Sequence record: MK327932.1
Origin: Escherichia phage vB_EcoM_G2248
Strand: one strand, 5' to 3'
DNA: 64,000 bases
Below, piece by piece: positions 10,088 to 19,397 of the stretch. Within the stretch, counting starts at the first letter, position 1, and the number at the start of each line of letters is the position of its first letter. The notes under the pieces are model-generated. The model worked only from the letters and a program-made list of their open reading frames with translations, did no database searches and had not been told where the DNA came from. Made by a program: the position numbers and the translations under genes.

Positions 10088-11145
10088 TGAAAATTAGTGT
10101 TATCAATGATGCCGTTGATAGCTTTAAAGCGGGGGTTAAAACCTCCGCTGGTTTTACCTCAAAAAATAAAGGGAAAACATTAACCGCTCAATTCCCCGCT
10201 GAACGTGCTAGCGGTAATGATTCTAGCGGTTATTATATCAACGACTTATATAATAATGGTCTGTTATTCACTGCATACGATTACACATCTCGTACTACTG
10301 GATCGTTGCGTGATTTCAGGAAAAAGAAAAATGTTGCTAGCGGTTTTGGCGGTAGCGTTAATATCGCTGGTTTTGATTTAAATTTGGGTGGGAGAAATGC
10401 TGCATTTGACCGAGAGGCAATTGCTAATATTCTTCTTCCTCGTAGTCAATCTGACGTTGACGCTGCCAGCCATAAGTTTAATGATGTTGGTGAATCTGTT
10501 ATTTCTCGCGGCGGTGGTACTTTAGGCGGTGCTCTTTCTAATATGGCATCTACTGCCGTTTTTGGTGGTATCGAAAGTATTACTGGTGGATACCTTGCCG
10601 ATCACGGTGAACAGATTTATAATACGGCGCGAAGCATGTATGCGGGTGCTGACGCACGAACGAAAAACTACGTATGGCATCTAACCCCACGTAGTATTGA
10701 AGACCTTCGCAATATTCTGATCATATACGAAACGTTTTTAGAGTTGTCTTATGGTTCTAGTGGTATTTCCAGCACCGCAAAAGAATTAAAAGCGGAAGTT
10801 GATGCGTGGTATAAAAATACACTATTGAGCAAATCCACTCCAGCCGAGGCAAAGAGAAATGATACGCTGTTTGAAGGGATCACCGATTTTCTATCAAACG
10901 TAATTACTGTATCTAACCCGACAATATGGATGATCTCTAACTTCGGCAAGCGTACATCGTTTGAAGGGCGTAGCGATGCATTTGGTCCCGCTCAGATCTC
11001 AAGTGTACGTCTGGACAAGTCGCCTGATGGTAAGTTTAATGGCCTTGCTATTTCTCCTAACTTGCCGAGTACCTTTGTTCTGGAAGTATCATTTAGAGAG
11101 ATCTTGACACTTTCCCGTGGTACTATATTTGGGAGTGCGGCATAA
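10087..11145 (+). CDS. 48: baseplate-tail tube junction protein gp48
   Basis: 352 aa, synteny 29-48-54. Confidence 0.85.
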   Translation: MKISVINDAVDSFKAGVKTSAGFTSKNKGKTLTAQFPAERASGNDSSGYYINDLYNNGLLFTAYDYTSRTTGSLRDFRKKKNVASGFGGSVNIAGFDLNLGGRNAAFDREAIANILLPRSQSDVDAASHKFNDVGESVISRGGGTLGGALSNMASTAVFGGIESITGGYLADHGEQIYNTARSMYAGADARTKNYVWHLTPRSIEDLRNILIIYETFLELSYGSSGISSTAKELKAEVDAWYKNTLLSKSTPAEAKRNDTLFEGITDFLSNVITVSNPTIWMISNFGKRTSFEGRSDAFGPAQISSVRLDKSPDGKFNGLAISPNLPSTFVLEVSFREILTLSRGTIFGSAA

Positions 11146-12077
11146 TGTTTGATTTAAATGATTTTAACGAACAAGCCGCTAACCTTGACTTTCAGCGATC
11201 TAACTTATTCAGCGTGGCATTTGCCACCACTCCAAGTAATAAGACACAAGCGATCCTAGAAAGTATGGGTGGTGCGGTATATGATATTATACCAAATGCA
11301 TTAAATGACTATTTCGGGATTACTCGTGGTGATTATACTGACGCATTAACAAATCTTGCTGTACAGGGTGTTAGGCGTGCTGTTGATTCATCTGGTGTCA
11401 AAAAGTATCTTTTAGGTGCAATGTCATCCCGCGTAGTTCAATCTCTTCTGGGGCAATTTGATGTTGGTACATATGCGCTTGACTGGTTCAATATGGCATA
11501 TAAGACAAACGGTCTTCTGGTGTATGCTGTTAAGGTTCCAGAAAACAGATTGAATTATGAAATGGACCGTAACCACAATGCGCCAAACATTCGAATTACC
11601 GGACGTGATTTTGATCCGCTTGTATTGAGCTTTAGAATGGACTCTAGCGCATCAAACTATAGAGCAATGCAGGATTGGGTTAACTCAGTAGAAGACCCCG
11701 TTACAGGGCTTCGTGCGCTTCCTGTTGACGTTGAAGCAGATATTCAGGTCAACTTACATAACCGAATGGGAGTTCCTCACACGATCATGATGTTTAATGG
11801 TTGTGTTCCTGTTGGTGTGAGTGCACCGGAATTAAACTATGAAAACAACAACGAAATCACAACATTCGATGTTACTTTCGCATATCGTTCTATGCAAACT
11901 GGTGCTGTAGGAGAGCAAGCCGCGCGAGAATGGATTGAGGATAAGGCAATAAACGCAATAACAAACACTTTCGGCAATAATTTACTTGATAGTGGGTTAT
12001 CTGCTGCTGGTAATGCTTTATCGCGTCTAAATGGCGTTGGTGGGCGTGTGGTGAATACTGTCACTAACTGGTTCTGA
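11145..12077 (+). CDS. 54: baseplate-tail tube initiator gp54
   Basis: 310 aa, synteny. Confidence 0.85.
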   Translation: MFDLNDFNEQAANLDFQRSNLFSVAFATTPSNKTQAILESMGGAVYDIIPNALNDYFGITRGDYTDALTNLAVQGVRRAVDSSGVKKYLLGAMSSRVVQSLLGQFDVGTYALDWFNMAYKTNGLLVYAVKVPENRLNYEMDRNHNAPNIRITGRDFDPLVLSFRMDSSASNYRAMQDWVNSVEDPVTGLRALPVDVEADIQVNLHNRMGVPHTIMMFNGCVPVGVSAPELNYENNNEITTFDVTFAYRSMQTGAVGEQAAREWIEDKAINAITNTFGNNLLDSGLSAAGNALSRLNGVGGRVVNTVTNWF

Positions 12078-12084
12078 TAAGCGA

Positions 12085-12116
12085 AAGGCGGGGATTATCC
12101 CCGCCTTTTTATTTTG
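12085..12116 (+). terminator. rho-independent terminator after gene 54
   Basis: AAGGCGGGGA-TTAT-CCCCGCCTT followed by TTTTATTTT; overlaps the stop of the convergent lipoprotein gene. Confidence 0.7.
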
Positions 12117-12594
12117 CTAAATCATTGCAGTATTTTAGTGCCTTAGTTTGAAATTCTGCGCTGTTAAGTTCTTCATAACGGTCATAATCACCGTTTAATG
12201 CTGCCTTTCTTGCTTCTTGCTCTATCTGCATGTCAGACATGATAATACAGCGATCCCGTGCTTTCAGCTTCTCAAGTTGTATAGACTCTTCTTTCTGTTT
12301 GCGCAATTCTTCTTGACGCTTCTTTTCTTCTCGTGCTTTCTCTTCCCGCGCTTCTTTGATTGCATCCTTGAACATCTGCGTTTGTGGTGCTAAACCAACT
12401 TTAACGCGATCCACGTCTCGACGTTCCATTTTAGAAATAAAGCATGATTCGATCTGATCATCACTTGCATATGCTGCTTTACATTCACGAAGCAAGAAAA
12501 CCGGATCTGATTTAGCATTCATCATAGCTTCCATGTTGGCACAACCAGTAAGCATGAATGCAGCCGCAAGACCAATCAGTTTAATCATTTTCAT
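12109..12594 (-). CDS. predicted lipoprotein with coiled-coil region
   Basis: N-terminal signal peptide with lipobox LTGC; E/K-rich helical middle. Confidence 0.6.
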   Translation of the reverse strand: MKMIKLIGLAAAFMLTGCANMEAMMNAKSDPVFLLRECKAAYASDDQIESCFISKMERRDVDRVKVGLAPQTQMFKDAIKEAREEKAREEKKRQEELRKQKEESIQLEKLKARDRCIIMSDMQIEQEARKAALNGDYDRYEELNSAEFQTKALKYCNDLAK

Positions 12595-13415
12595 TTAGTC
12601 ACCTCACCGAAAATTGTAAATTGTCTACGATTCTCATCGCCGAAAGATTCTACTACGTCGTTTACCTTGACGCAAGTCCCGCGCGGTAAAATTACTTCAC
12701 ATTCGCAAGGATTCCATGCAATTGACCCAACAACAAAACCTTTATGATCTTTTACGTCAATTACCCATGATACATTACAAGAATGTTGCATCTTTCCGGT
12801 CATTGATTCATATCGATTCTCACAATAAAGGCTAGTGCTGTTTGATAGCCATCCTCCAAAGATGATCGGTGTCATGCTGGTCGATACAAAGTTTTTAAAG
12901 GTAAACTCCTTATCTTCAATGATGCGCTCTATTGTCTGAATGTCAAGATGTTGACCGCGATAAAGAGTACCGTTTAACTTTTCGGTTTTATCCATGACAC
13001 AATCCATCAAATCAACAATCTCTGATATCTCATCGGTCATGTCTTCTTCCCCTAAGAGAGCACCATTTACCCATTCGTATTGTTCAGATACATAATCACA
13101 GATTGCATTATATTCTGCTGGGGTTATGTTGTTATGTTTGTAATGTTTGAATACATTATCTCCAAAGTCTTCGGAGTGTACTTCATACATCACATTAATG
13201 ATTTTCTTGACAAATCCATAATCTTGTGTCTCGCGCTCAAGGAAGCGGATAACCTTCACATAATCATCAAAGTTAATCTGATCGCTGATCATCTCAGTGA
13301 TCATGTAACCATTAATACCCTCAATGTCATATGTTTCGATGTAATTATCCATACGTTCCATCATTGATTCGCGTGATTCTTCTGAAAGACGAAAATCCTG
13401 TAATTTCTTGAACAT
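12591..13415 (-). CDS. Alt-like ADP-ribosyltransferase paralogue (short form)
   Basis: Shares the C-terminal catalytic signature of the adjacent Alt: YRG..., FKNFVSTS..., ECEVILPRG versus Alt YRG, FKNYVSTS, ECEILLPRG. Confidence 0.75.
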   Translation of the reverse strand: MFKKLQDFRLSEESRESMMERMDNYIETYDIEGINGYMITEMISDQINFDDYVKVIRFLERETQDYGFVKKIINVMYEVHSEDFGDNVFKHYKHNNITPAEYNAICDYVSEQYEWVNGALLGEEDMTDEISEIVDLMDCVMDKTEKLNGTLYRGQHLDIQTIERIIEDKEFTFKNFVSTSMTPIIFGGWLSNSTSLYCENRYESMTGKMQHSCNVSWVIDVKDHKGFVVGSIAWNPCECEVILPRGTCVKVNDVVESFGDENRRQFTIFGEVTK

Positions 13416-13436
13416 TTTAAACCTCCCATATAACAG

Positions 13437-13469
13437 AAAACGGGGCTAGTATAAAACTAGTCCCCGTTT
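13437..13469 (-). terminator. hairpin between alt and the Alt-like paralogue
   Basis: AAAACGGGGCTAGT-ATAAAA-CTAGTCCCCGTTT; U-rich run on the minus transcript. Confidence 0.5.
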
Positions 13470-13493
13470 GAGTCAACCATTATTTCTTAAAAA

Positions 13494-15545
13494 TTACATT
13501 TTAAATTTATCTGGCATTGCGTCTACAGATACCAGATCAGCGATAAGCTGACGTAGAGTTGCCTTATCTGCTTTCTTACGTTCGGTTTTAGCTTCGCTAA
13601 TGAAGCTGGAGAAAGACAGGTCAGAAGCAGGTTTAACAACACCTTCACGGATGAATGCATCACCGTCCGCGATCATCTCGCCAGATTCTTGTAATGCTGC
13701 CAGTTCATTTTTGTTCATAATATGTGCCTCAATGTAATAAGTTTCTTGTGAATCCGTCGATGCCGTAGCACGAGTTACCGTATCAAAGGATAACACAACA
13801 CCGCGAGGAAGTAAAATCTCGCATTCTTTGTAAGCAAATGCTTTGTTACCTACTGGCAAGACAGGGATGTTTTCCGCGCCAGCAATGGAGAAAGCAACAT
13901 TAGCGCCACCTTCACCGCGAGAGCCAGCCATAGAATCAACACCAGCAACGGCACTAGCCACGTTTGCATTCCAGCCGCCAAAAATGTTAGGTGCAAGGGA
14001 AGTGCTCACATAGTTTTTAAAGTAAAACGCTTTTTGCTTACGTGCAGTTTCCCACATTTGCGACCGGAAGTCCATACCACGATACAGAATAGTACCCGGA
14101 TCAAGTTTAACGCCATAGTTGGAGAAGGCATTATCCAGTGCATCGCACATCTTGACCAATTCTTCTGGATCTGAGATGCCTTCAAACTCTTCCAGCTTAC
14201 GATCAGTTAGGAAGTTGTTCATATTGATGTATGCTGCATCGGCATATTCGCTCAACACAAAACCTTCCGCGCCTGGCAGATCAAGATCAATATCTGCCAT
14301 CATTTCACCCATGTTACTAGCAATTGCTTCAAACATACCGGAAGCAACATTACGCAGGGCATCGGTTTTAATCTGGGTGATATGACTACGCAGCATTTCA
14401 GCTTTTACATCTGCTGGCATAGACTGGTCTACTCGATCCATTGCCAGGGCGGTGATCTTGTTTTCGAATACTTCCTCGCTCATGATTTCTTTTAAGCGTT
14501 TGATTGATGCTGCGATAACTTCCGCAGACAACGGATCATATTGATCCTGAACTTTTACCAGTTCGCTTACTGCGTATTTTGCATCGGCTTCGCTTTCAAA
14601 AATAGTACGCATGAAACCATAGCGAGTGATAATATCACTTGTCCAGTCATTCAGAGAACGGGCGGTTGAACGTTCTAAGGCTTGACGATCAATCAGAGTA
14701 TTAAACTGTTTCTTAGGTTCGGCTTCGGTGATATCTTCTTCCGGTTTAAGATTAATTTTTTCTGGATGATTCACATAGTCGCTGTTATAGGTCGCTTGAG
14801 TTTTCAGCATTTCTTCTTTAGTCAAACGAGATTTAGCCGCTACGCGTTGTTCCGCTTCCGCGTTTCGTTCTTCTTCTGACACCAGACTAGCCGCATACGC
14901 CTCATCTTTAGTCAGAGATTCACCAGTAGCCTTAGATACCCAGCGATCACCTAAATCACTTTCTACTTTAGTGAACAAGGAATCATCAAGTTTAATCCCT
15001 TTAATCTTATCAATCGCCATACCGCGACGCTTGACAACAACTAAAGCGATCTTTTTGCTGGTCATTACTTCCTGCTGGAATACTTCAAACTTCGGTGTAC
15101 GACGCACCAAACGCTCTATAACGCGCTTAACCAGTTCGGTCTTACCTTTCATGCGGGATACGTTAAAACGGAACATAACAGCGTCTAATTGCGCTTTACG
15201 GGCTGTTTCCATAACCACATCAAAAGCACTTGCCATAACTGCAATCGGGTTATCGCCTAGACCATTTTTAAGCTGTACAATACGACCGCTTTTGTTCATT
15301 TCGCACAGTACAACATGTGCGGTCTTGTCACCCATACGAATGATTTTAGGTGTTTTGTTGGTGAAGTTACAAAGACGGACAATCACATCTTTATCGCGTG
15401 TCTGTACTGCAAAAAGCTGTTTAGGATTCTGCTTAGGCTTTAAGCACTGTACCGGAGCAATACTGCCAAAGTTTTCTTCCTCTTCCGTCAACAGCCATTT
15501 CTCGAAAGATTCAATCATTAGATCGTCGATTTCTAAGTTAAACAT
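13494..15545 (-). CDS. alt: Alt ADP-ribosyltransferase (packaged, modifies host RNA polymerase in T4)
   Basis: 683 aa (T4 Alt ~682); R-S-ExE catalytic motifs; position after gene 54 as in T4. Confidence 0.85.
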   Translation of the reverse strand: MFNLEIDDLMIESFEKWLLTEEEENFGSIAPVQCLKPKQNPKQLFAVQTRDKDVIVRLCNFTNKTPKIIRMGDKTAHVVLCEMNKSGRIVQLKNGLGDNPIAVMASAFDVVMETARKAQLDAVMFRFNVSRMKGKTELVKRVIERLVRRTPKFEVFQQEVMTSKKIALVVVKRRGMAIDKIKGIKLDDSLFTKVESDLGDRWVSKATGESLTKDEAYAASLVSEEERNAEAEQRVAAKSRLTKEEMLKTQATYNSDYVNHPEKINLKPEEDITEAEPKKQFNTLIDRQALERSTARSLNDWTSDIITRYGFMRTIFESEADAKYAVSELVKVQDQYDPLSAEVIAASIKRLKEIMSEEVFENKITALAMDRVDQSMPADVKAEMLRSHITQIKTDALRNVASGMFEAIASNMGEMMADIDLDLPGAEGFVLSEYADAAYINMNNFLTDRKLEEFEGISDPEELVKMCDALDNAFSNYGVKLDPGTILYRGMDFRSQMWETARKQKAFYFKNYVSTSLAPNIFGGWNANVASAVAGVDSMAGSRGEGGANVAFSIAGAENIPVLPVGNKAFAYKECEILLPRGVVLSFDTVTRATASTDSQETYYIEAHIMNKNELAALQESGEMIADGDAFIREGVVKPASDLSFSSFISEAKTERKKADKATLRQLIADLVSVDAMPDKFKM

Positions 15546-15586
15546 TTTATATCCTCTAGTTGATAACCTATAAACCTATATTTATG

Positions 15587-15614
15587 AAAACGGGGCTTAA
15601 CGCCCCCTTTTATT
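15587..15614 (-). terminator. rho-independent terminator closing the early gene array upstream of alt
   Basis: Minus strand reads GGGGGCG-UUAA-GCCCCG followed by UUUUCAU. Confidence 0.55.
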
Positions 15615-15825
15615 ATAATGCACCAGCAAGCAATTGCTCTAAGGTGTATCCTGAATAGTCTTTTTCAATCAGGGTATATTTTCCTACTCGTTTAATCCAG
15701 CCACGCATTTCAACGTATTCTGCGTAGTTGATGGTACGAGTTGTTCCATCTTCTAGCAAAGCAGTACCGATTTCGTTAATGCGGTCATAAGTTACGTCGG
15801 TAATGATGATTTCGATGTTAGCCAT
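15613..15825 (-). CDS. hypothetical early protein
   Basis: 70-aa ORF behind a promoter cassette (-35 TTGACA at 15885-15890 on minus strand). Confidence 0.5.
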   Translation of the reverse strand: MANIEIIITDVTYDRINEIGTALLEDGTTRTINYAEYVEMRGWIKRVGKYTLIEKDYSGYTLEQLLAGAL

Positions 15826-15896
15826 TTGATACTCCTTAGTAGTTCGTTTCGGTATGGGTGTATTATGATATACACCCTCTGTTATGTCAACAACTT

Positions 15897-16076
15897 TTAG
15901 AACATTTTTGAAATTAATTCTGCTTTGATTTCGCAGAGAACATCTAAAGATTTCTCGTCACCCGCTTTTGCTGCTTCTGCTTGCATTTTTGAAATGGCTT
16001 CAATCTCAGTGCAATTATAAGCCGCTTGAACTTTAGCGATTGCGATGATTGCCGATTCGATGGTTAAGTGTTTCAT
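15897..16076 (-). CDS. hypothetical small helical protein (59 aa, not in ORF track)
   Basis: Manual translation MKHLTIESAIIAIAKVQAAY...; preceded by conserved GGAGAATCAAAC leader and promoter cassette. Confidence 0.45.
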   Translation of the reverse strand: MKHLTIESAIIAIAKVQAAYNCTEIEAISKMQAEAAKAGDEKSLDVLCEIKAELISKMF

Positions 16077-16108
16077 GTTTGATTCTCCTTTCGTTTCGGT
16101 ATGTGTGC

Positions 16109-16137
16109 ATTATAGGGGATCGGTGACCCCCTGTCAA
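16109..16137 (-). promoter_or_regulatory. sigma70-type early promoter cassette (example)
   Basis: Minus strand TTGACA (16132-16137), 17-nt palindromic spacer GGGGGTCACCGATCCCC, TATAAT (16109-16114), then conserved leader with GGAGAA RBS. Confidence 0.7.
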
Positions 16138-16144
16138 CAACTTT

Positions 16145-16663
16145 TTAGTTATTTTTTAATTGTTCATCTTGCAATAATGCAATCACATGCTGGCGATGTT
16201 CTTCCGATTGAGGCACACCGAAAAAGTTTGTTTTGTAGAAATACTCTAATCGGTCTTCTCGTGTGCTCTCTTCCATCATGATCGCGGGTAGTCCGAGATT
16301 TCGGAAACGTCGCTTTTCTGCTGGCGTAAAATCACTGTAATACAACATAGAATCATCATTACCAGCAATGCTAAACTCATCATTCATGAAGGAGAATATT
16401 GCGTTTAAACGCTGTTTACCGTCCACGATTTCGATCTCATAGCGAGAGCCATCATCAATCTTAGCCATTGCGATAGCACCAACCGGAAAATCATTAATCA
16501 GGTTTTCGATAAACATACGTTTGTTTTCGGTGTCCCATACCAAAGGACGCTGATAATCTGGGTTCATGTTGATATATCCATCTTCTAACCACGCCTCATA
16601 AACAGAGATGACAAAGTTTTTAGTATTGGTATAGTAACGGCGTTTAGGCGTTAAACGGTTCAT
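16145..16663 (-). CDS. DUF262 / ParB-like domain protein (GmrSD N-terminal-domain-like)
   Basis: Motifs DYQRPLVWD and IVDGKQRL typical of DUF262; start moved to ATG at 16663 (MNRLTPK, RBS AGGAGA), 172 aa. Confidence 0.6.
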   Translation of the reverse strand: MNRLTPKRRYYTNTKNFVISVYEAWLEDGYINMNPDYQRPLVWDTENKRMFIENLINDFPVGAIAMAKIDDGSRYEIEIVDGKQRLNAIFSFMNDEFSIAGNDDSMLYYSDFTPAEKRRFRNLGLPAIMMEESTREDRLEYFYKTNFFGVPQSEEHRQHVIALLQDEQLKNN

Positions 16664-16664
16664 G

Positions 16665-16997
16665 TTATAGTCTCCTGAATGGATCATCACGTAAATCAAT
16701 ATCTTTTAAGAACTCATCCCATGAATGGCGGATATTGTTCTTAATTCTCCAGATAAGCGCAGGGATTGAACGCTCTCCCATCTGGAAGTATGGATCATAT
16801 GATCCGTATGCCCAATATGCTACTACAATTCCACAATCAGCGCAATAGTATTCTATTTCACTTGCTGGCGACCAAAGTCCATCAATATGATCGGTGATCT
16901 TGCTTTCGATGTTATGGCTATGACAATCAGGGCAACGGATGCAATGACCTTGTTTATCGTAATTTGACGTTAGCGAATACTTAAACAATCTCATCAT
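16665..16997 (-). CDS. zinc-ribbon protein
   Basis: CxxC...CxxC (CIRCPDCHSH ... YCADCG); translationally coupled to both neighbours. Confidence 0.55.
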   Translation of the reverse strand: MMRLFKYSLTSNYDKQGHCIRCPDCHSHNIESKITDHIDGLWSPASEIEYYCADCGIVVAYWAYGSYDPYFQMGERSIPALIWRIKNNIRHSWDEFLKDIDLRDDPFRRL

Positions 16998-17710
16998 AGA
17001 TCCTTATTTGCTTCAAATACTGCCTTTGCGAATCCTCGCGGGGTAAGTGACCTGATAGTCTTTGTTTTCGTTCCTTTCCCGCCTAGCTTAGAATGCTGTT
17101 TACTGTACCCTTTATTAATCTGCAAAGGTTTCTTTTCTGGCATTATAAAGCCTTGTCCGGTCCATAAGCAAGTCTTTTTCGGGTACATATCACGGGCGGC
17201 AATATACTCAGGAAAAGTAGGATGTTTATCATCTTCCGGCAAATAACCGCCATATTCCCACGGATGGAACATATAATCAGGCTTACGCCACATGCTAGAG
17301 ATAACGCTTACAGGATTCTCTATCATGTAGGGAACTCCTAGCCATTCACCCAAATAAGCGGTTATTTTAGCTGCCCTTACATCATGAACTTGAATCAATG
17401 GTCCTTGCTCTCGTTTCTTTCGTTCAAAGTGTGCAGCGCCACTAACAGCTAAATTGGTGCACGGTGGGAATGCAAAGATAATATCCGGTTTCCCCCATTC
17501 AAGGTCCATTGCTCTTTCCAGCCAGTTCAAATCAATCCATGTGTTTACATAGGTAATGTTTGGATGTTCAAATCGGGTATTATACTTTTTGTATGTACCG
17601 TGGTCGCCATCGTCAGCATTAAAGCAGATCACCTTATGACCTGCTTTAGCCCATTCTAACCCCATTATCCCCGATCCGTCAAAGTTGCAGAATATTAATT
17701 TTTGTTTCAC
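16994..17710 (-). CDS. minimal C5-cytosine methyltransferase-like protein (no obvious target-recognition domain)
   Basis: Motif I-like FDGSGIMG, motif IV-like FPPCTNLAVSG (Pro-Cys), motif VI-like IENPV, C-terminal RSLTPRG resembling the LTPRE motif; only 238 aa. Confidence 0.55.
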   Translation of the reverse strand: MKQKLIFCNFDGSGIMGLEWAKAGHKVICFNADDGDHGTYKKYNTRFEHPNITYVNTWIDLNWLERAMDLEWGKPDIIFAFPPCTNLAVSGAAHFERKKREQGPLIQVHDVRAAKITAYLGEWLGVPYMIENPVSVISSMWRKPDYMFHPWEYGGYLPEDDKHPTFPEYIAARDMYPKKTCLWTGQGFIMPEKKPLQINKGYSKQHSKLGGKGTKTKTIRSLTPRGFAKAVFEANKDL

Positions 17711-17958
17711 GCTGCCCCCATTGGTTTGATAGTAACAGAATCTAAAAGACCTTTGTTAGCCAGTTCGCGGCAAGTTTTCAGATCCGCAACTTCCCAGCCA
17801 GCCGCAATCAGGTTGTCAATGAGGCTGTTAGCAACTTCTTCGCTCATGAAAGAGCACTGTTTGCCGATGGTGTAGCGTACACGCTGTAATTTCAGTTTAC
17901 GGAAGCCTTTAACGTTCAGGTCTTTAGCGATTTTCTTTGCGGTTTCGATGTTAGCCAT
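17707..17958 (-). CDS. hypothetical early protein
   Basis: 83 aa, promoter cassette upstream (TTGACA at 18022-18027 minus). Confidence 0.5.
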   Translation of the reverse strand: MANIETAKKIAKDLNVKGFRKLKLQRVRYTIGKQCSFMSEEVANSLIDNLIAAGWEVADLKTCRELANKGLLDSVTIKPMGAA

Positions 17959-18041
17959 TGTTTGATTCTCCTAAGTGGTATCTCGTCTTGATGGTTGCAT
18001 TGTAGGGGAGTTATCCTCCCCTGTCAACACTTTTTATAAAA

Positions 18042-18209
18042 TTATTTGTTAATTTCTGGTGCGTTGCTAGGATAGTAACCTTCTTTAACTCCGAGGTATT
18101 TCGCAACCATCCCTACAATCTTCTGTGCTACTACAATGTCAAATTTCAGATAATCTTCGCCGTGGGTTTCAATGATATATGCTTCACATGCTGCTTTAGT
18201 CTCGAACAT
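18042..18209 (-). CDS. hypothetical 55-aa protein, copy A of a duplicated gene (not in ORF track)
   Basis: Manual translation MFETKAACEAYIIETHGEDYLKFDIVVAQKIVGMVAKYLGVKEGYYPSNAPEINK; near-identical to 21322..21489. Confidence 0.6.
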   Translation of the reverse strand: MFETKAACEAYIIETHGEDYLKFDIVVAQKIVGMVAKYLGVKEGYYPSNAPEINK

Positions 18210-18285
18210 TTTGATTCTCCTATTTCGTTTCGGTATGTGTGTAGTATAGGGGATCTCCCGATCCCCGTCAACAACTTTTTTAAAA

Positions 18286-18567
18286 TTATTCGTGATTAGT
18301 TTCGATGTTGTGCATTTTGCACCAGTTCAGCCAATCACCCAGATCCTGATAGTTAATGCTTTTATCTGCTGCCATCGTTTTTGTCTTGATACCCATATGT
18401 GCGTTATGAGTAAGCATTTTTACAGTGAACTCGATTTTATCGCCTTTAGCTTTAACATCAACCAGTTTGGTCCACTGGCTACCAGCGCCGCGAATGTTCA
18501 TGCCAACGATGTTTCCGATGTATGCTTCTTTGTTTTTCATGATTTCGGTTGCTTTGATGAATTTCAT
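18286..18567 (-). CDS. hypothetical early protein
   Basis: 93 aa, own promoter cassette. Confidence 0.5.
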   Translation of the reverse strand: MKFIKATEIMKNKEAYIGNIVGMNIRGAGSQWTKLVDVKAKGDKIEFTVKMLTHNAHMGIKTKTMAADKSINYQDLGDWLNWCKMHNIETNHE

Positions 18568-18636
18568 TTTTGATTCTCCAATTCGTTTCGGTATGGGTGT
18601 ATTATGCTATGTTCTTACTTTGGTGTCAACAACTTT

Positions 18637-18906
18637 TTAGATATTTTCAGAAATAAATTTTAAAACTTGACGTAAATGTTTCTCATCTTTGATAGTCGCC
18701 GGAAGTTCTTCTTTTACTTCTTGTGCAAGATAGATATTTCCGTTCCAAGTGAAAGATCCGTCTTCGTTTACGCGATAGCTGAACATCCACTCGCAATCAT
18801 TTTCGATTTCATATACACACAGAAGGGTGTAATCGTTAAAGCTATTGATTTCAAGGTCGAAGCCGTGACGTTTTGCAAAGTTGGTAGTGGTTTTAGTCAG
18901 TACCAT
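18637..18906 (-). CDS. hypothetical early protein
   Basis: 89 aa, own promoter cassette. Confidence 0.5.
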   Translation of the reverse strand: MVLTKTTTNFAKRHGFDLEINSFNDYTLLCVYEIENDCEWMFSYRVNEDGSFTWNGNIYLAQEVKEELPATIKDEKHLRQVLKFISENI

Positions 18907-19032
18907 TGTTTGATTCTCCTAAGTGGTATCTCGTTTCGATGGTTGTATTATGCTATACACAGGATCTGGTGTCAATACCTTTTTTAAAAATTTTGGCAAT
19001 AAAAAAGCCGACACTAAGGTCGGCTAATAAAA

Positions 19033-19341
19033 TCAACGAGATAGATAATCGTTTTGCGCGATCTGGTCGGCGTATGCTGGTGTTACGTCAATCGCCAGCA
19101 CTTTAACGCGTGCTTTCTTGCGACCTGGGTTTTCTCGTAACCAGTGCTCATGACCGTGAACATTTTTATACTGCGATGCTTCTTCGAAGGTACGGATCGG
19201 ACCTGGGTAATCAGCGTAAAGGATCTCTAGATCTTCGGTGATGTAAAAATATACATCGTAATTGCTGTTCTCTAGCTTAAGCAGAGACTTTCGGAACATT
19301 GGGAGATTTTCGCGGGTAAATTCAAAGATATTATCTTTCAT
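19033..19341 (-). CDS. gp30.3-like family protein (paralogue 1)
   Basis: Conserved core HGHEHW...VKVLAIDV shared with five other ORFs in this region. Confidence 0.55.
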   Translation of the reverse strand: MKDNIFEFTRENLPMFRKSLLKLENSNYDVYFYITEDLEILYADYPGPIRTFEEASQYKNVHGHEHWLRENPGRKKARVKVLAIDVTPAYADQIAQNDYLSR

Positions 19342-19397
19342 AGTATTATCCTCAATAGTTGGATGAAAAGGGGGGGGGGGGCTTAATGCCCCGTATA

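Noticed and set aside
13080-15573. Plus-strand ORFs 13080..13367, 14119..14385, 14682..14879 and 14971..15573
   Set aside because: Antisense to the Alt genes, which have clear family signatures on the minus strand.
15546-15586. Late promoter for alt (CATAAATATAGG on the minus strand)
   Set aside because: It resembles but does not exactly match the T4 late consensus TATAAATA (first position C); left uncalled.
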